Positions 24,201-37,773 of a stretch of 64,000 nucleotides of DNA are shown here, one piece after another. The stretch lies in the NCBI GenBank assembly GCA_030704615.1, contig CM060732.1:39928001-39992000 (forward strand). Direction: 5' to 3'. The notes under the pieces were generated by a model, which saw only the letters and a list, made by a program, of their open reading frames with translations, was not told the DNA's origin and made no database searches. Within the stretch, counting starts at the first letter, position 1. Every line of letters begins with the position of its first letter. The stretch is from Takakia lepidozioides. Its lineage: Eukaryota; Plantae; Bryophyta. The position numbers were made by a program, and so were the translations under genes.

Positions 24201-27200
24201 GGTTCAAACATGGTCCAGGTTTAATAAACCTTCCCTTGAAGAGGACTTAGAGAGCATATGTGGGAAGTGGGCATGTTAGTTATGCAGATTGGATATTGTT
24301 GTTTTGTGTCAACGTATGATGTTGACTTAGGGTTCTGCACATCATCCTTTTCCGTTTGTAGAGTGTTCCTTTAGCTCAGCAAGTCATAGCTTGGATTACT
24401 AAGGTCAAGATTAGTTTCAGTAGTAGAGAGTACAGGTTACTTGCACCACTCGGTGCTGACATGGTACTAGACGGTTCCCATTGTGTAGGAATGGCACTTT
24501 TTATGTGGTAACACAATTGATGAATGATGGAGGTCTATATGTGCTTCTTGGAATGATGAAATTCTTGCAAGTCTGCTTTTCAAAGCTGCACCAGAGGTCA
24601 TGAGTCTGTGCAGCAATGTATCAGGAGTCCTGCTGACTTACAGGACTGTGGGCCTTTGCAGGCAAAAATGGAGATCTTGCCCAGAAGTTCTGGAGGTAAT
24701 TGTTGGGTCCTGGGATGCATGCATGTTTACATGGAATTTGGACATTAGAGAGAGGAAGAGAGAATGTGCTCATAAGACATTGTTTGCTGTAGCCTTGTGG
24801 CCATAGACCCCGCACCCGGTTTTGGGTGGAACAACAGGGAACAGAAACTACCTTTGTGAGGGGCTCGCTTCGGGAGTATGATGTACCTTGATAGAGATAA
24901 TTAGTTTGGGTTTTCCAGATATCCCCTAGAAAGCCCTTCACACAAGTATCATCAACTTGCTCTGTGTGAGCTGCCCAGCAATTAGACCCCAAGAGGGCCA
25001 GGACTTTAGGCCTCAAGAGAGAGAGTAAGTTTCCAATTTCTATGACTGTTACAGCTGTCCAACATCACTTTATGTGCACTTGACATGTTAGATTGTTTGG
25101 AATGATAGTATGCTAGTTCTGCACAAAGCAGGCATTTCAACTGCTCCAACTAAGGAAACCCCTTTTACACAGCTCTTTTCAGCTTTATGTGGCTCATAAA
25201 TTGTGGGGAAGACGAGTTCCATTTTAGCTCTGGTGGCAGTGAGAACTGTCATTACTCACCATTCAGTTTCTCAGGTTTTGTGAACTTAATTAAAGCCTAC
25301 ACATCTCACTGCTATGCTTAATGGAAACCTTACCAATCCCCACAGTTGTTTAGGAACCTGGTTGTTTGCTTGCAAAAGTAAACTTGTGTCCGAGTTGTAA
25401 ACATGTGTGATGCCTTTATATGATTCAGCACTAAGGATCCAGGGCAACAGCCATTCAAATTCAAAATAGGAATGGGGCAGGTCATCAAAGGTACTCTCTT
25501 TTCCAATACAGACACTTCTGAATGGGCGCCTTATATGCAGCTTTCGACCTCTGCTTGACTCTCATTCTGGTTAAAAGTGGGGAAAGAGAGGTGGTGGGAA
25601 GGGTTTGTTGAAGGTTTGTGATATTAGTGTTGTCATCCACAAGCCTGCAGGTTTTGTCTTTGTTGGTGGTTGTGTATAGATAGCAAGCAGTAAAGAAGTA
25701 TGTACATGCGCGCAAAGAGAAGGTGTCATCACGTCCCTATAGACCTGTAAAGGTCTGTGATGTTGAGAGGGATTTATGACACATCCTGGTTGTTGGGTGT
25801 ACGTGACCAGGTTGGGATGAGGGTGTTCTGGATATGCAAGTTGGTGAAGTGGCACGGCTGAAGGTCAGTTTGTCTCTGTTCCCCCAAACCCCCCAGTTGT
25901 AGTGGATTATGTAGAAAGACTGTAGAGCCGATAAATGCAAAGAGAGCCCTTTCTTCTATTTTGCTATTGGGATCTTCTTGCCTAATGAATGAGACAAACT
26001 TGGATGTGGTCTTTCTCCCTTATTTGTATATACCTGGCCGAATACATGAAGGCTGGTTACCATAGATGCAGTCACTGACAAGTTGGCACATACTCTGTGT
26101 GCTTGTGACGAATGCAGTGCACTCCGGACTACGCATATGGCACTGCTGGTTTCGATGCCTGGGGAATCAAGCCCAATTCAGTGCTTGTGTTTGAGATTGA
26201 GGTTTTGAGTGTCGCTTAGGTTCTGGGAGGTGAGAATCATCGGGCAGACTAAATTGATCTGTTGTGAGGAACACTACGCACATCACAAGCTGACTAGGAG
26301 GGAATCCTGCTCTTACATTTTTGACTGATGTGGTTGACAGTCCAGAAGGTGAAAAGGTTCTTCAAGACTTCTAAAGTGTGTTCCTATCTTTTTATGTTAG
26401 ACGTTAAATGCATGATGGGAAAACTTATTCAGGTCTCCATGTGCAAGCACACGGACTTTTCATGCCTGATATTGTCAGCCCTCTGTAACCATCCCATAAA
26501 TCTTTGCCATATCTTGCGAACTGACTGAAGTGTCAAGTATCAACAGCTTGTCATACATCTTACCAGATTCTCATACTCTTGCAGCTTCTCACAGTCTGTG
26601 AACTACCAGATTCTCTCCTGTGAACTTGTGTTATGTTACAATCAGTGCTCGCGCAGAGACCCCTCAACCTTGACTGCAAAATCCACACCTCTGGCCACCT
26701 TTTTTTCTAAGAAAATTGTAAGATCTATTAAGACCTTTACCATTGAAATGTTACTAACTAATTCCCTACCTTCACCTGAAATGTCATGGCATGCACAGTA
26801 GGGATTGGAATCTTATGACTTTTTTGTGAGCGTGAAAAGTTTCTGCAACCTCTAAAAAAGATTTGAAGCTGCAGACTGGTTCAATGAAGCTTCAGACTTG
26901 AAGATTTGAAGCTTCAGACTCACTTCGAGTCAAGCGAACATCGCAGAAGCAAAGCCCACTTGTGCATCATCACGGAAGCCGCTCAGCGCAGCCTGCTATT
27001 ACTGGCAGTCATAATGGCGTGGTCACAAACACCGGCTCCAAGCCTTGCCGCTCCTCCCGGGGGTAGCAACGGACTGGAGACCCGCATCTCCAAGAAGCCA
27101 CATGATAGGAAATGGCAGGCTTTGACGCCACGCGCCATGTCGTCCGAATAAGGCTGTTGGACACAATCGGACTGTCAGGTCAGGGGATGCCCCGGTTCCA

Positions 27201-27326
27201 GGGGAACACAGGCCATGCTAGTTCCATAACTTGGGCCCTTGGATGGGACCTTCAGGTGTCGGCTCTTGGACGATGTAGATGGCAGGTTTTGACACCCGGG
27301 TTCCATGGGAACACACCATGACACCC

Positions 27327-29108
27327 ATCTGTCGAGCTCCATCAGTGGTCTCCCGTGCTACCTTGCTCCTACTACTTAAGCTCAAGCTAAGCTGTACTCC
27401 TACTTACTACTGCTGTCGAGCTAGATAGAAACTAGCCTTACAAAATTTTACAAAAACTTTTTGTAGAGTCATGATCTCTGAAGAGTCACTAGAGGCTAAT
27501 CAAAATTGCCCTCGGCTCCTCACAAGCCGGTCCACGCACGGACGAAACTTCAAACTTCTTTGCTTGCGTGAGAAACAGCCTCGAATTGAACCACTGTGAG
27601 CAAGTGGCCTTTACAATTCACCACAACATCCGAGTCACAGTCAGGTAAAGAAAGCTGGTCTATACATACATCTTGAATTCTAAGTTTGTTGTCCTCCCAT
27701 CTTCTCCTCCATGATCGTAGTCACCATTTCTACAATCATACATATGTCCACTAAGTATTTTTTTAGGAAAGTTTCATCTTGTCCAAAACAACTCCTCCAA
27801 AACGACACGACTGCTAGCAAATCAGCCTAGGTATTCCTTGCAACATAGGCAACGAGAACTGAATTGCAAAGATACACATGGAGAATTATCTGATGAGTAA
27901 ATCGGATTGAACTTTTGACGACAATGTAGATAAGATGTTGCAGATCTATGACGCGAAGTTGTCATTTAATCTTGAGAGCTTGCCGATATGTCCAAATCAA
28001 CTTCACGCGACATGTACAACATTAGTGAGAGAAGGGACCTACCGTTGTCTTGGCAAGGTACTCGCAGCCAGTGAAGTTCTCATGTCCAGAACTTGCAGGT
28101 GCCAAAGGCTACAGTGTAAGCTCGGGCTGTGTTAGCGCCACTGGTAGCCAACCTCTTCTTGTCATTCAGATCCTAGAATCCAACAAAAAGATGAACAAAC
28201 AGTTGAGGCTCGCTCATAGAATACCACAGGTAATCGCAACTGACACGACATGGACATTAATAAGCACCATCGTTCGGACGTCTGATCCAAAAGCCAAAGT
28301 GACGACCTTCACTTGATGTGGCCCGGCTTAAGAGACACAGGGATTGAAATTGTCACAGCCTCACAAATCCAATAATGTACTCAAGATGATGGGTGGCAGT
28401 ATTAACTTGGCCAAATTATTTTCTCCCTCCCATTTTCATGCCGAAGCTAAAGTGTGTTCAAAACCCTTCGATACCTACTGACAATCAGCAAGGTGCCGAT
28501 ATCACTCTATTAGTTACTTTCTCTACGGTCTGTCGTCCAATGTTTGAACAGATATCATGTTTGCACCCTTTCCATGAATCGCACCTTCCAGATCGGAAAG
28601 GATAGGCTGAATGGCCCTGTATCTGTCTTCTTTACAGGTCCAATCATCCTTCCTCATTATCCCCACATCTGTGCACAAGTTATCAACATCTATGTACAAC
28701 TAGACGAGTCACATGGACTTAATCAGGTATCTTATCAAGTGGTGAAGCATACCATGTACTCCGTGCAACCATAGGCAAGAGGCTGAAGCACATCTTTCTG
28801 GTGTAAGCGTTTTGCTCTCCCAACGCATGAGCAATCATTATGGAAACCATGACAAAATTCACCATCGGGGATTGCAGCTTTCTCCACATCGCTCTGACTC
28901 TTTCGCGTCAGCCTAGAGCAACCAAGCACCCCCTCTCCCTTGTGTATCCGATCGGCCCGCTCAAGCAGCGAGCTCTCGCTGCCCGAGCTAATCTCTGTCA
29001 CGCACAAATCAGATCCTAAGCTGTCTACCCTCCTCTCTCAGCAGCAACACAAATGCCTCCAAGCAGCGTGAATCCTTTTTAAAGCAAAAAAAAACCCTAC
29101 TATACCCG
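27327..29108. mobile_element. Unclassified ~1.8-kb insertion in repeat copy A
   Basis: Absent from copy B, where ...CATGACACCCC joins TTACTTACTGG directly. No clear TIR or TSD. Confidence 0.55.
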
Positions 29109-29235
29109 CTTACTTACTGGCACGCTAAAACGGTGAATGGCGCCATTATGGACAGCCGCGATATGCCAGTACTAGTCAGCATCCGACGGTCACAGAATTA
29201 CATACCCAACATTTCAAACAGGCTGGTGTTCAAAC

Positions 29236-29858
29236 CAGTGTTGGCAGGTTCTCATTTTTTTCAAAGCTCATGAGGTTCAGGTTATACAAGTTGACTCATG
29301 CAGTAATAACCTCCGGTTCTAGGTGAAATATGCACATTGAATGAAGGTTATTTGCAGGTTACGGTTATGAAAATTTGAACAATATGTGTGGTCAGGTTAT
29401 TTGCCAATTCATGAACAAATCATAACCTGCGGTGATATTTCAAGTCGAGTCTTTGTTATAACCGAAATATAACCTGCCTACCATCGGATATAATTGAAGT
29501 ACCCTAGGCAGGCTGCAGAACCTAGGCCTGCAGAACCTATCGCTCAGGTTCAATGTGCCATTTCAACTTCAATGTACATAGTGAAAATAGGACACCAAAA
29601 GAATACTACTATTTGCCACGAAACCATAGCTACTAACCGTTTCCGTCCACTTAAAAGATATCCGGGTCAGTTCTATGTCTTCAAATGCTATTCACTCACA
29701 GGTTCAAGGTGTTTCACCGGGTATTTGAGTTGTCCAGTACCGGCGGTGTTCATTGTCCACGGTTCTCTTTTATGCTCATAACCTCCGGCTATAGTTACCC
29801 TTACCCGGCAAATAACCTGTAATTAACCGGGTAGGTCCCTGATAACCGACCAACACTG
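29236..29858. mobile_element. hAT-family MITE
   Basis: Perfect 8-bp TSD GTTCAAAC (29228-29235 and 29859-29866). TIR CAGTGTTGG(CA/TC)GGTT. The empty site is visible in copy B at 59851-59858. Confidence 0.92.
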
Positions 29859-29921
29859 GTTCAAACCTCGGTAAGGTACTCGTAAAAATTGAGCGACGGG
29901 AGGTCCCTCATCGCTCGTGTA

Positions 29922-32474
29922 CCGTAGAGGTCGTTCTTATTCCGACATTAATTAATTCGTTTTTAGAGATAATGAATATTTTTAAAATTTTGCCCTTGGT
30001 ATAGACGAAAGTAAGGAATAATCTTAACGTAAAAAAAATGAACTTTGGAAAAAGAAGGACTGCAACAAATTACAATAGTGAATGTCGTCAAGTATGAGAC
30101 ATACTAACCACGTTTACCACAGACTCAAAACGGTTATGAAATATGAAAAAAAATGTTTCATAGATCTACAGCTCTTGAACTACGAAGAAACCCTTTAAGA
30201 ATGAAATCTCCAAGATCCAGTGCAACCCTTCAACTTCCTGATTCGTACGTAAGTTCAGGCTGGCACATTAAGCTACAACATTCGATTCAAATGGCCCTTT
30301 GTACTTCTGCTGCAGTTCAGTTGATATGTGTACAGATCTCACTTTCCCTTATTCCGAGCTTGTTGCTTCATCTTTAACATCTGTAGAGCTTGTGGGATGC
30401 TGATTGGTTTGGCACTGGTTGATTCCTCCACACATTTGAGCATCATAGTCTCAGTAGTTTCACAAGGATCTGCATAGCTGCAATCTGGAAGTCACTATTG
30501 AATGCCCTGTCTAGAGCTGTCTTCTTCCAACCTTTTTTCACACTCTCGTCCATACGTGTGATGTGGTTCCATGCCCTGTACAACCAACAGGGTAGGTGCT
30601 GTTTGAGTGTCACAAGACGGAGATCAACCTTAGGAGATTCGCCTTGTTCAAGCTTTGACTTTATTACGTTGCAGGTCCATCCATTGAACTCTCTGTTGAA
30701 TGCATGTTTGAAGGGTCTTTGAATGACCACATCTGCTGGCTGCAAGACGCTGGTACAATTAGCAGGAACGTACAATATATATTTGAGGATATTCACCATG
30801 TCTCTAAACTCAACATTGGTATGCACTGATCAACAATCGATGAGCCATATCATCTTCTGTCCATTGGGTAGGCCAAGTTTTTTGCATTGTGATTCGTAAT
30901 ATGGCAATAAGATCATGTCCACAAACTGCTTACAAGTCTGTATGGTAGACCAATGATTTTGAGAATTGGTAAAATGAAAACCAGCGGCCAGACATTGCCT
31001 GTGACCAAGAGTTGCAGGTGGAAGTGAACGAGTTGTGGTTCCATTGAAAATCACTTGTAACGGTAGACACTTTCCTGTAGCTGCAGATGAAACAACTACA
31101 GTGATCTGCCTTTTGTCATCCTGGCCTCTCACATGAATGTGCTTAGAACCCTTGGTCTCCCATGTCCTTTCACCTCCTGAAGGAACTATGTGCACCCCTG
31201 TTTGGTCCGTGTTCATAACTAACTTAGAATGTTATATAATTTAACCAGGTATGCTACCCTTTGGGCCATCAAGGTCCCTTGCGCCTCCCAATCAACTGGT
31301 AGCTTTGAAGCAGCGGTGGTGGTATGACCAGTTAAGATAAGCTCGTAAGAAAATCCGTATCCACCGAAGGCTCATTCGAAACTTGCGAGAACCACCTTCA
31401 GTCAACAGTTGAGGTGCTCGAAGCTCGATGATAGCTTGAACAATGGGTTGCACCAACGGCGCTGTCAACGGTTGACCCTCAGCACGAATCTGCTTAAGAA
31501 TGCCCACGATCTCCTCTTTAAGTTCAGGGTGTCTCTCCATAATCGTCACATGATTTTTGGCCAGCAGTGAGGCCGTTCCCCTTTCGATCGCTTGTTTGAA
31601 TTTTTCCTTCGGTACGCCTTTCGGTATGAACCATTCTGCAAGTGAACCACGTGAAAGTTTGTCATAAGAGCTCGTCATGACGCCAGGAGCTTTGTGGTAA
31701 GAACGAAGATAATGTAGCGCTGCACTCAAGCTGCAATGACGCCTTACAGCAACATAGATCGAAGGCCATAAATCCGCTGAGAACCAATTCGTATAAATCC
31801 ATCTTTTTTTTGGTTTCTTTCTAGAGCTTGCTCCTTCGTCCTCCTCTTGTTTGATTTTCATTACAAACAAAGTTGCTTTTGGATTTGAATGTGGACGCCC
31901 AACAGGCCGCTTCGGTGCTCCTTGGCTCTTTCGTTTTAATACTGAACAACGTATCTCCTCGGCCAAAGCTTCCGACATCCTTCGCTTCGCCACCTCATCC
32001 TCCTCTTTCGTGATGCGCTGAAACATCGATGTGATCAAGATTGCTTCTGAACCATGTTGGTTCCTGCATGCAATCAACACAACATGTTAGTCCCAACAGT
32101 ATGCAAAAGGTGACGCTACAGAACTAAACACCTCAATTGGAAATCGACACACCTAAATTGAACGAGTCTGAAAGAAGAGAGTGATCGTAGGCCGTCTTTG
32201 CAACCTCCTTGTGTTCTCCCTGCTCGTAGGTAGCATCTTAACTTGGAGTTAATCAACTCTCTATGAAATCAATGCGCCCCAATCAACTGCCGCCGTTGAA
32301 ATCTAATGAATCAAGACATGATCGATGAAATTTAATGCAAAGTATCCAGGATGCCGAATTTCAGAAAAGCTTGGATGAAAAAATTAAAATTGCCATCAAG
32401 CCTGCCGAACCTGGCGACCTGCATGTATTTAATGATTCCGGGAGGGATTTGACGAAATAGAGCGACCTCTATGG
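29922..32474 (-). mobile_element. Full-length pogo-like (Tc1/mariner) DNA transposon
   Basis: TA TSD (29920-29921 and 32475-32476). TIR CCGTAGAGGTCGTTCT / CCATAGAGGTCGCTCT. Empty site GTG-TA-CTATCC in copy B at 60395. Confidence 0.93.
30443..32080 (-). pseudogene. pogo-like DDE_1 transposase, frameshifted with a premature stop
   Basis: CENP-B-like HTH region (KFRMSLRWIRIFLR) followed by MNTDQTG, DDKRQITVVV, LPLQVIF, WLIDC* and VPANCTSVLQPADVVIQRPFK. A TGA falls where W is likely expected, and the sequence lies in three broken frames. Confidence 0.9.
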
Positions 32475-32857
32475 TACTATCCTTCAAAACATGACATGAG
32501 CTCACAAATGGCGCCTCACTCCGCTATACGCGGGATATGTTCCGATTGGATTCGATCCAATTCGCGAGCAACGGCTACGGCCTGTAGTCTCCCCGCTCAC
32601 GTCGGATACTTATCAAACTTGGCGATTATTGCTTGTAGCTTGTAAGTCTGCAGAGACGAAAATCTCACTGGATTCTCTAGAGATCGCTCAATAGGTTGGG
32701 TTGCTTTCCATGCTGGAATATATTCTTTGGACATGATGTTCCAACCGTATCACTTTATCTTCAATTGATCGAGCACTGATCGAACGGAACTCTTGGACGA
32801 TTTGACTTACAGACGAACGACATCCCTTTTGGGGGGTGGTTACAGGAAGGAGAAGCT

Positions 32858-33590
32858 ATGGAGTCCAGGTGCTGGGACCGGCACCCAGGCCTGCAGTTGC
32901 AAGGGAACTATTTGACAAAACACGAGTCATTTTCTGAAACAGGGAGATTCTGCTGGACTAACACTTCTGTGTTCGATTGGGGAGTGGAGGACCTGATTTC
33001 ATTTTCCATAGAGAAGGAGGGTGGACAGGAGTTCGTTGCAACCATGCCTCGATCCGTCAAGACGACGGAGGTGGGTTCTTTTGCATTGCATGCTCAAGCT
33101 CAAGCTGTTCACAAAGAAAGATGTTATTCCTGTCTTCGGTGTGATTTGAAGGTTGCCGTTATTTTTCTTTGACTCTGAAAGCCTGGGAAGCACCCCATCA
33201 ACTTAATTATGACCTGGATTTCATGCCCACCAGATGGTACTTCTCATACCCACATCGAAACGTAGATTGTGCAACCAGGGTCTGCAGGCTTCAGCTCTTT
33301 GTCATGCTTGTGCAGGTGAAAAATGAAAATTATAGAGCAGTGCTGCAAAAGGGAAGACTAGAGCTGCTGACACTCCCTCTTCCCGGAGAGGAAGCTGTAG
33401 AGAAGGGGCATGAGCCAGTATCCACCGAGTTTCCTGACCAGGGGTGTAAGGCTGACATCTCATGCATGCAGTTGACACCTGAGTTTCTCGTGTATGGGAC
33501 AGCCAGTGGGAGCATCTTGTACTACTATCTGGATGAGAAAGGCCCTTGTTTCATCACTGAATACTCACATTGTGATGGCGGCATCACCAG
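32858..33590 (+). pseudogene. Isolated fragment of WDR19/IFT144 (IFT-A subunit); best exon 33316-33590
   Basis: NENYRAVLQKGRLELL...FPDQGCKADISCMQLTPEFLVYGTASGSILYYYLDE...ITEYSH matches, from recall, the second beta-propeller region of IFT144. It has AG/GT boundaries. No other IFT144 exon was recognised nearby. Confidence 0.7.
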
Positions 33591-34011
33591 GTGCTCTTCC
33601 TTCCTCGACTTGCTTCCTATTCCAAGGACTTCACTTTTTGCGCACACACATGCGTGTGCATTTTGGAAATGACTGCGATGATGAGAAGTCTGAGTATGTG
33701 TATCGCCAACATAGGTAATAAGAGGAAGAGTTTGTTACCATTTCATGAACACTTGCATTTCAAGACTAGTTTTGAGAATCCAGTGAGGGATACCTTTGGA
33801 TGGTGGGGACGCAAGGAAGTGAAAGCAAATACTGAGCCTGAAAGAAGTTGATCCACGATTGGCTGACTGAGGGAGAAAGCTGTGATGTTCATGAACTCAT
33901 CAGACGATAAACATCTGAAAAGTTGCTGAAGGAGTGGATGTAGAGCAGACATGGACAGGGATGCATTGAGGGAGGATAAAGCGTATCTCAGGTGCTGTTG
34001 CGGGGGTTAAC

Positions 34012-34085
34012 AGGGTGTGGCCTAATGGTTTAGGATACTGCAGCTGGAGAACGGAGTGCTCGAGAACCTAACTCTGCCCACACAT
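34012..34085 (+). mobile_element. Possible degenerate tRNA-derived SINE head
   Basis: A-box-like TGGCCTAATGG (34018-34028) and an imperfect B-box GCTCGAGAAC (~34058). It does not fold into a cloverleaf. Confidence 0.3.
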
Positions 34086-37000
34086 GTTGGGTTAATTATA
34101 TGCCCTTCGTTTCCTTTCTAATTGATAACAGGCTCTTGGAGGGACTTGGGTAAAGACAACTGGAGCTCAAATATTACACGGATGAAACTTCCGAATCCTC
34201 CAGAGAGGGAGTTGGATGCCATGTCAAAATCCTACGCAGAGACATTCACTCCACAGACATTTCAGACTCTTCACAAGGCAAAACAGAGTTGAAGCTGAAG
34301 TTGTTATGAGATGATGCTACTATACCTGACAGCCTTTGAGTAATACATGAAGTTTATCCAATAGGGCAAAAAACATCTTCACTTGTTAGATTCTTTGCCC
34401 TCACCGCAGGCTTGTGAAGAGTGTAGTTGAGCAACATGCCTCAAAAAATATCTTCTGTTGAAGTATTTTTTGTCTATACCAGATGCCTTCACCTGACAGA
34501 AGTCTCTGGCTGCCAGAATAGATGAATCCTTCTCTTCCGACCTCAGCACCACAGAAAAACTAAACCACTTAAAAAGGACAACCACGGTGGACTGCGCAGA
34601 GAGTCGGACAAGGGAAGAGCCAAGCAAAAGACAGGTTTGAGCAGAACTTAGCGCTGTTGCACTTTAAGGAAGCATGGATAGATGCAAAGCTGCTTGACAG
34701 CTCTGAGGTTTTTCCTCTGTTTCATCTTTCTGTAGCTTGTCTCTTCCTGATATAAGCATAAGTATGGTCTCTCTTCACTCTTTTTGGGTCAATTTAAAAG
34801 ACAAAACTAGTGTGCACCGGGGCAGGCCTCGCTGTGCAGTCTCATGCAACAGAGAGAAAGAAATTAAGAAGCTTTATAATGTGCATGAAAAGTCGAAAGA
34901 GCTACTATGGTAGAGTTGAGGATCTCCCAGAATTTTCAGCTTCAGATGGAAGACTTCAAGCGGCAGAATGGCATGTATGAAGAGTCGTGTTTTTTGCCAT
35001 TCCCTTGATGAACCAGGTATGGAGTATGCTCAAAACCAGTGACACTGCAGGTGACCGGTTTGAAATTGCGTGTACAAGTCAAATCCTAAGAGCTCTGACT
35101 AACGGCCAAAGCTCTCAAAGTCTCAGAGTCTCAAAGACTTAAGTCTCAAAGAAGCTTCAAATCTTGAATAAAATACTGAGATTACGTGGTGACTGGTTTT
35201 TGTGTCTGCTGCTGCCGGACCTACTTTCCAGGAAAGCTGCAAGATATAGTAACTGACACCAGCAAACTGCAAATCACGTGCGTACTCTGAAACACTGTTA
35301 CATTTGCGCTATTCTCTCTACTGCAGATATGCATGTGTGAGCCTATCGTCACGGTTCGCCGGGTTCTGCAGGAAGCTACTCGGTGTCCTTCCTAAAACAA
35401 CTATGAAAAGCTAACTTCACTCAAAGTCTGCTGAAGTTAGTAAGGCATCTGCAATTAATGGGCCTCACTCTTACGAATCAGCAGTAGTCCGTCACTCCTT
35501 TGCCATCATGCCAGTTTAGAGTCCTGCTTACAACAAAGGCTCAGCTAAGATCAAAGATCGAACAAAGATCTTGGGTTTGCGATACATACGTCGTGCACAA
35601 AAGGTTATGGAAAAGATCTGACAGGAAGGCCATAATGATAGGTACCTGAAGAAGGTTTGGAAGAATGTGAAACCTTATTAACATGGAAGCATTCTTGAGC
35701 AATGAGCACCCCTCCAGTGGAGTGCCAAAAATGATGAAATGGATTGTTCTGGAGCTTACACTCATGTAAGCTATCATGTAATAGCTATTATAGTTGAGAG
35801 TCTCTCAACTACCTAGTCAACCAACTAACTCACCTGGATTATTAGTCTAGCCAAGTCCCGGTCCTGTACACTTGGGGTGGGGTCATGGGCTCAAATGTGA
35901 CACGATTCCTTTTTAGGAGTCTTATGTTGTATTTATGAGCCTACGACGCAGAACTTTCCTTCTTCAGTTCTTTCTCACGATGTCATAGAGTATCCTTCGA
36001 AAAGAATTGGGGATGTTGATAGATGCTTCGTTGCTTGTCCAACACTTCTCATAACTACCTATATAACCTCTCCAACTTAGTGGGAGATTGAAGGTCCAAG
36101 TTTTGGAATCGTGTTCTTCTACTTCAAAAATACTACGGTTCATGTGCCCTTTCAAATCGTTTACTGCACGTTGGTGTTGGTCTTCTCTGACATGCGGGGA
36201 GAGATGACAGCGGAAGGTCAATGTCGATGGGCTTCGACAGTTCTCTACAGTGCAATGGCCGAGCCGAGCTGTGGGACCTTTCAAACTCCCCGCATTTCAC
36301 CCCCTCCTCTTTACTTGGTCTTAACCGTCGCTGTTTGATGCCTTTTTTCCATGGGATTCACCCTCCACTATGACGGCGATAGGAATTTGGTATAGACTCG
36401 AAGCCCAGGCTTTGTAACGATGGATTACAGGTGGGTTTATGAAAATTCGTGTGAGAGTTTCAGTCGGGTAAGCTGATGATTTGCAGGAGTTGCTTGCTTA
36501 GTAACATGATGATGGCGGGCGTAGGTGCTTGAGACCTGTTGTAATCTCAAAACTGTGAGATTCGATGTAGTTTGCAGTGAACATGAAATGCTGCTCCTCT
36601 GGAAACAAAATCAAGGTCTGAAACATGACTTGCAGGTGCATATATCACGCCGTTATGACTGGCAGCAATCTTGGGTTGGGCCCTTGGCCTACTGATGAGC
36701 TATAAATTTTAACGAGGGCAGCTGTGAAGAGGAAACAAGACTGGCGCGAAGTATGTAGAGAGATAGGAGCCAGATTGCATACATGAGTTATGGAGCTCTG
36801 TTGAATTCGATGGTTGTTGTTTGGATGTTCTAAAAGATCGAGAGAGAGAGGCACAAGGGTACATTTACATTTAGGCTCAGATTGGGAATTAGAGGGTGTT
36901 GAATGCTAATTTGTCTGGCCCATGACTATCGCGCAGTGTCGCCGAGGCCGGCTTGGTCCAGACTGGGTTCATACCGTATGAGAATTTCGGTCTCAAAGAA

Positions 37001-37773
37001 AGAATCCGGCTCAAAGGTCGCAATTACAAGAAAAGGTTTGCCGTTTCCTCTCTGCGTTGTCCCACACCTTGGTTTTTTGTTGCTAGCACGAGGGACTCAT
37101 GCTGAATTGTGAGAGATGCATTACAGGGAGTTATAGCTATCCAACCTGGCACTCAAAATTGCGAGCAATCCCTCAGCATGCTCGAAATCATGATAGAACT
37201 GCATGCGGAAAGATGAAAGAACTCATGGGGTGTCCTCGATGTGTATATTTCACGATTCAATCTTTCCATGTATTTTGGGCGCATAACAGGTCGCTCAGCA
37301 TGTTTGCAATATCAGCAGTGCCAGCTGTCTTACTTTGTTTAAACCAGATTTGTACTCAACGTATGTGAGGTTCTCCAGCCATTAGTACAAATTATCCTCC
37401 TTCTGAAGCCAGTTTTTCAGTGCTCATCGTGGAAAGTGAAAGCCTTACCAGCAACTCCATAGCAATCATCCATCTACAGCTGCTCACAAAATTTGAAATC
37501 TCTCTTAGAACAACTGTATAAACCTCCTGAGTTGCTGGATGAGCTTGACCAAAGAGAGGGAGTGAGTAATGCAGGATCCAAATCGCAGTGAGATGAGTTT
37601 ACATCAAACTTTGATATCACTGATTCAGATGTGCCATTTTCAATATTTTTTGGCCAACCGAGTGGCCATGTGCAAAACTCTGTTTTTCTCAAGACCTTTT
37701 CGGCGAATGCAGGGGAACCCAAAGCATTGCAAACAAAGAAGAAGAAAGGGAAAAAGAAAAGGAGGATAAGGCA

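Larger units (their letters stand above)
26930..32598. repeat. Copy A of a ~710-bp dispersed non-coding repeat, split into four pieces (26930-27326, 29109-29235, 29859-29921, 32475-32598) by three insertions
   Basis: The pieces are colinear with, and highly similar to, copy B at 59344-60539. Confidence 0.92.

Noticed and set aside
24365-24430. TAGCTCAG tRNA A-box-like string
   Set aside because: No B-box and no cloverleaf.
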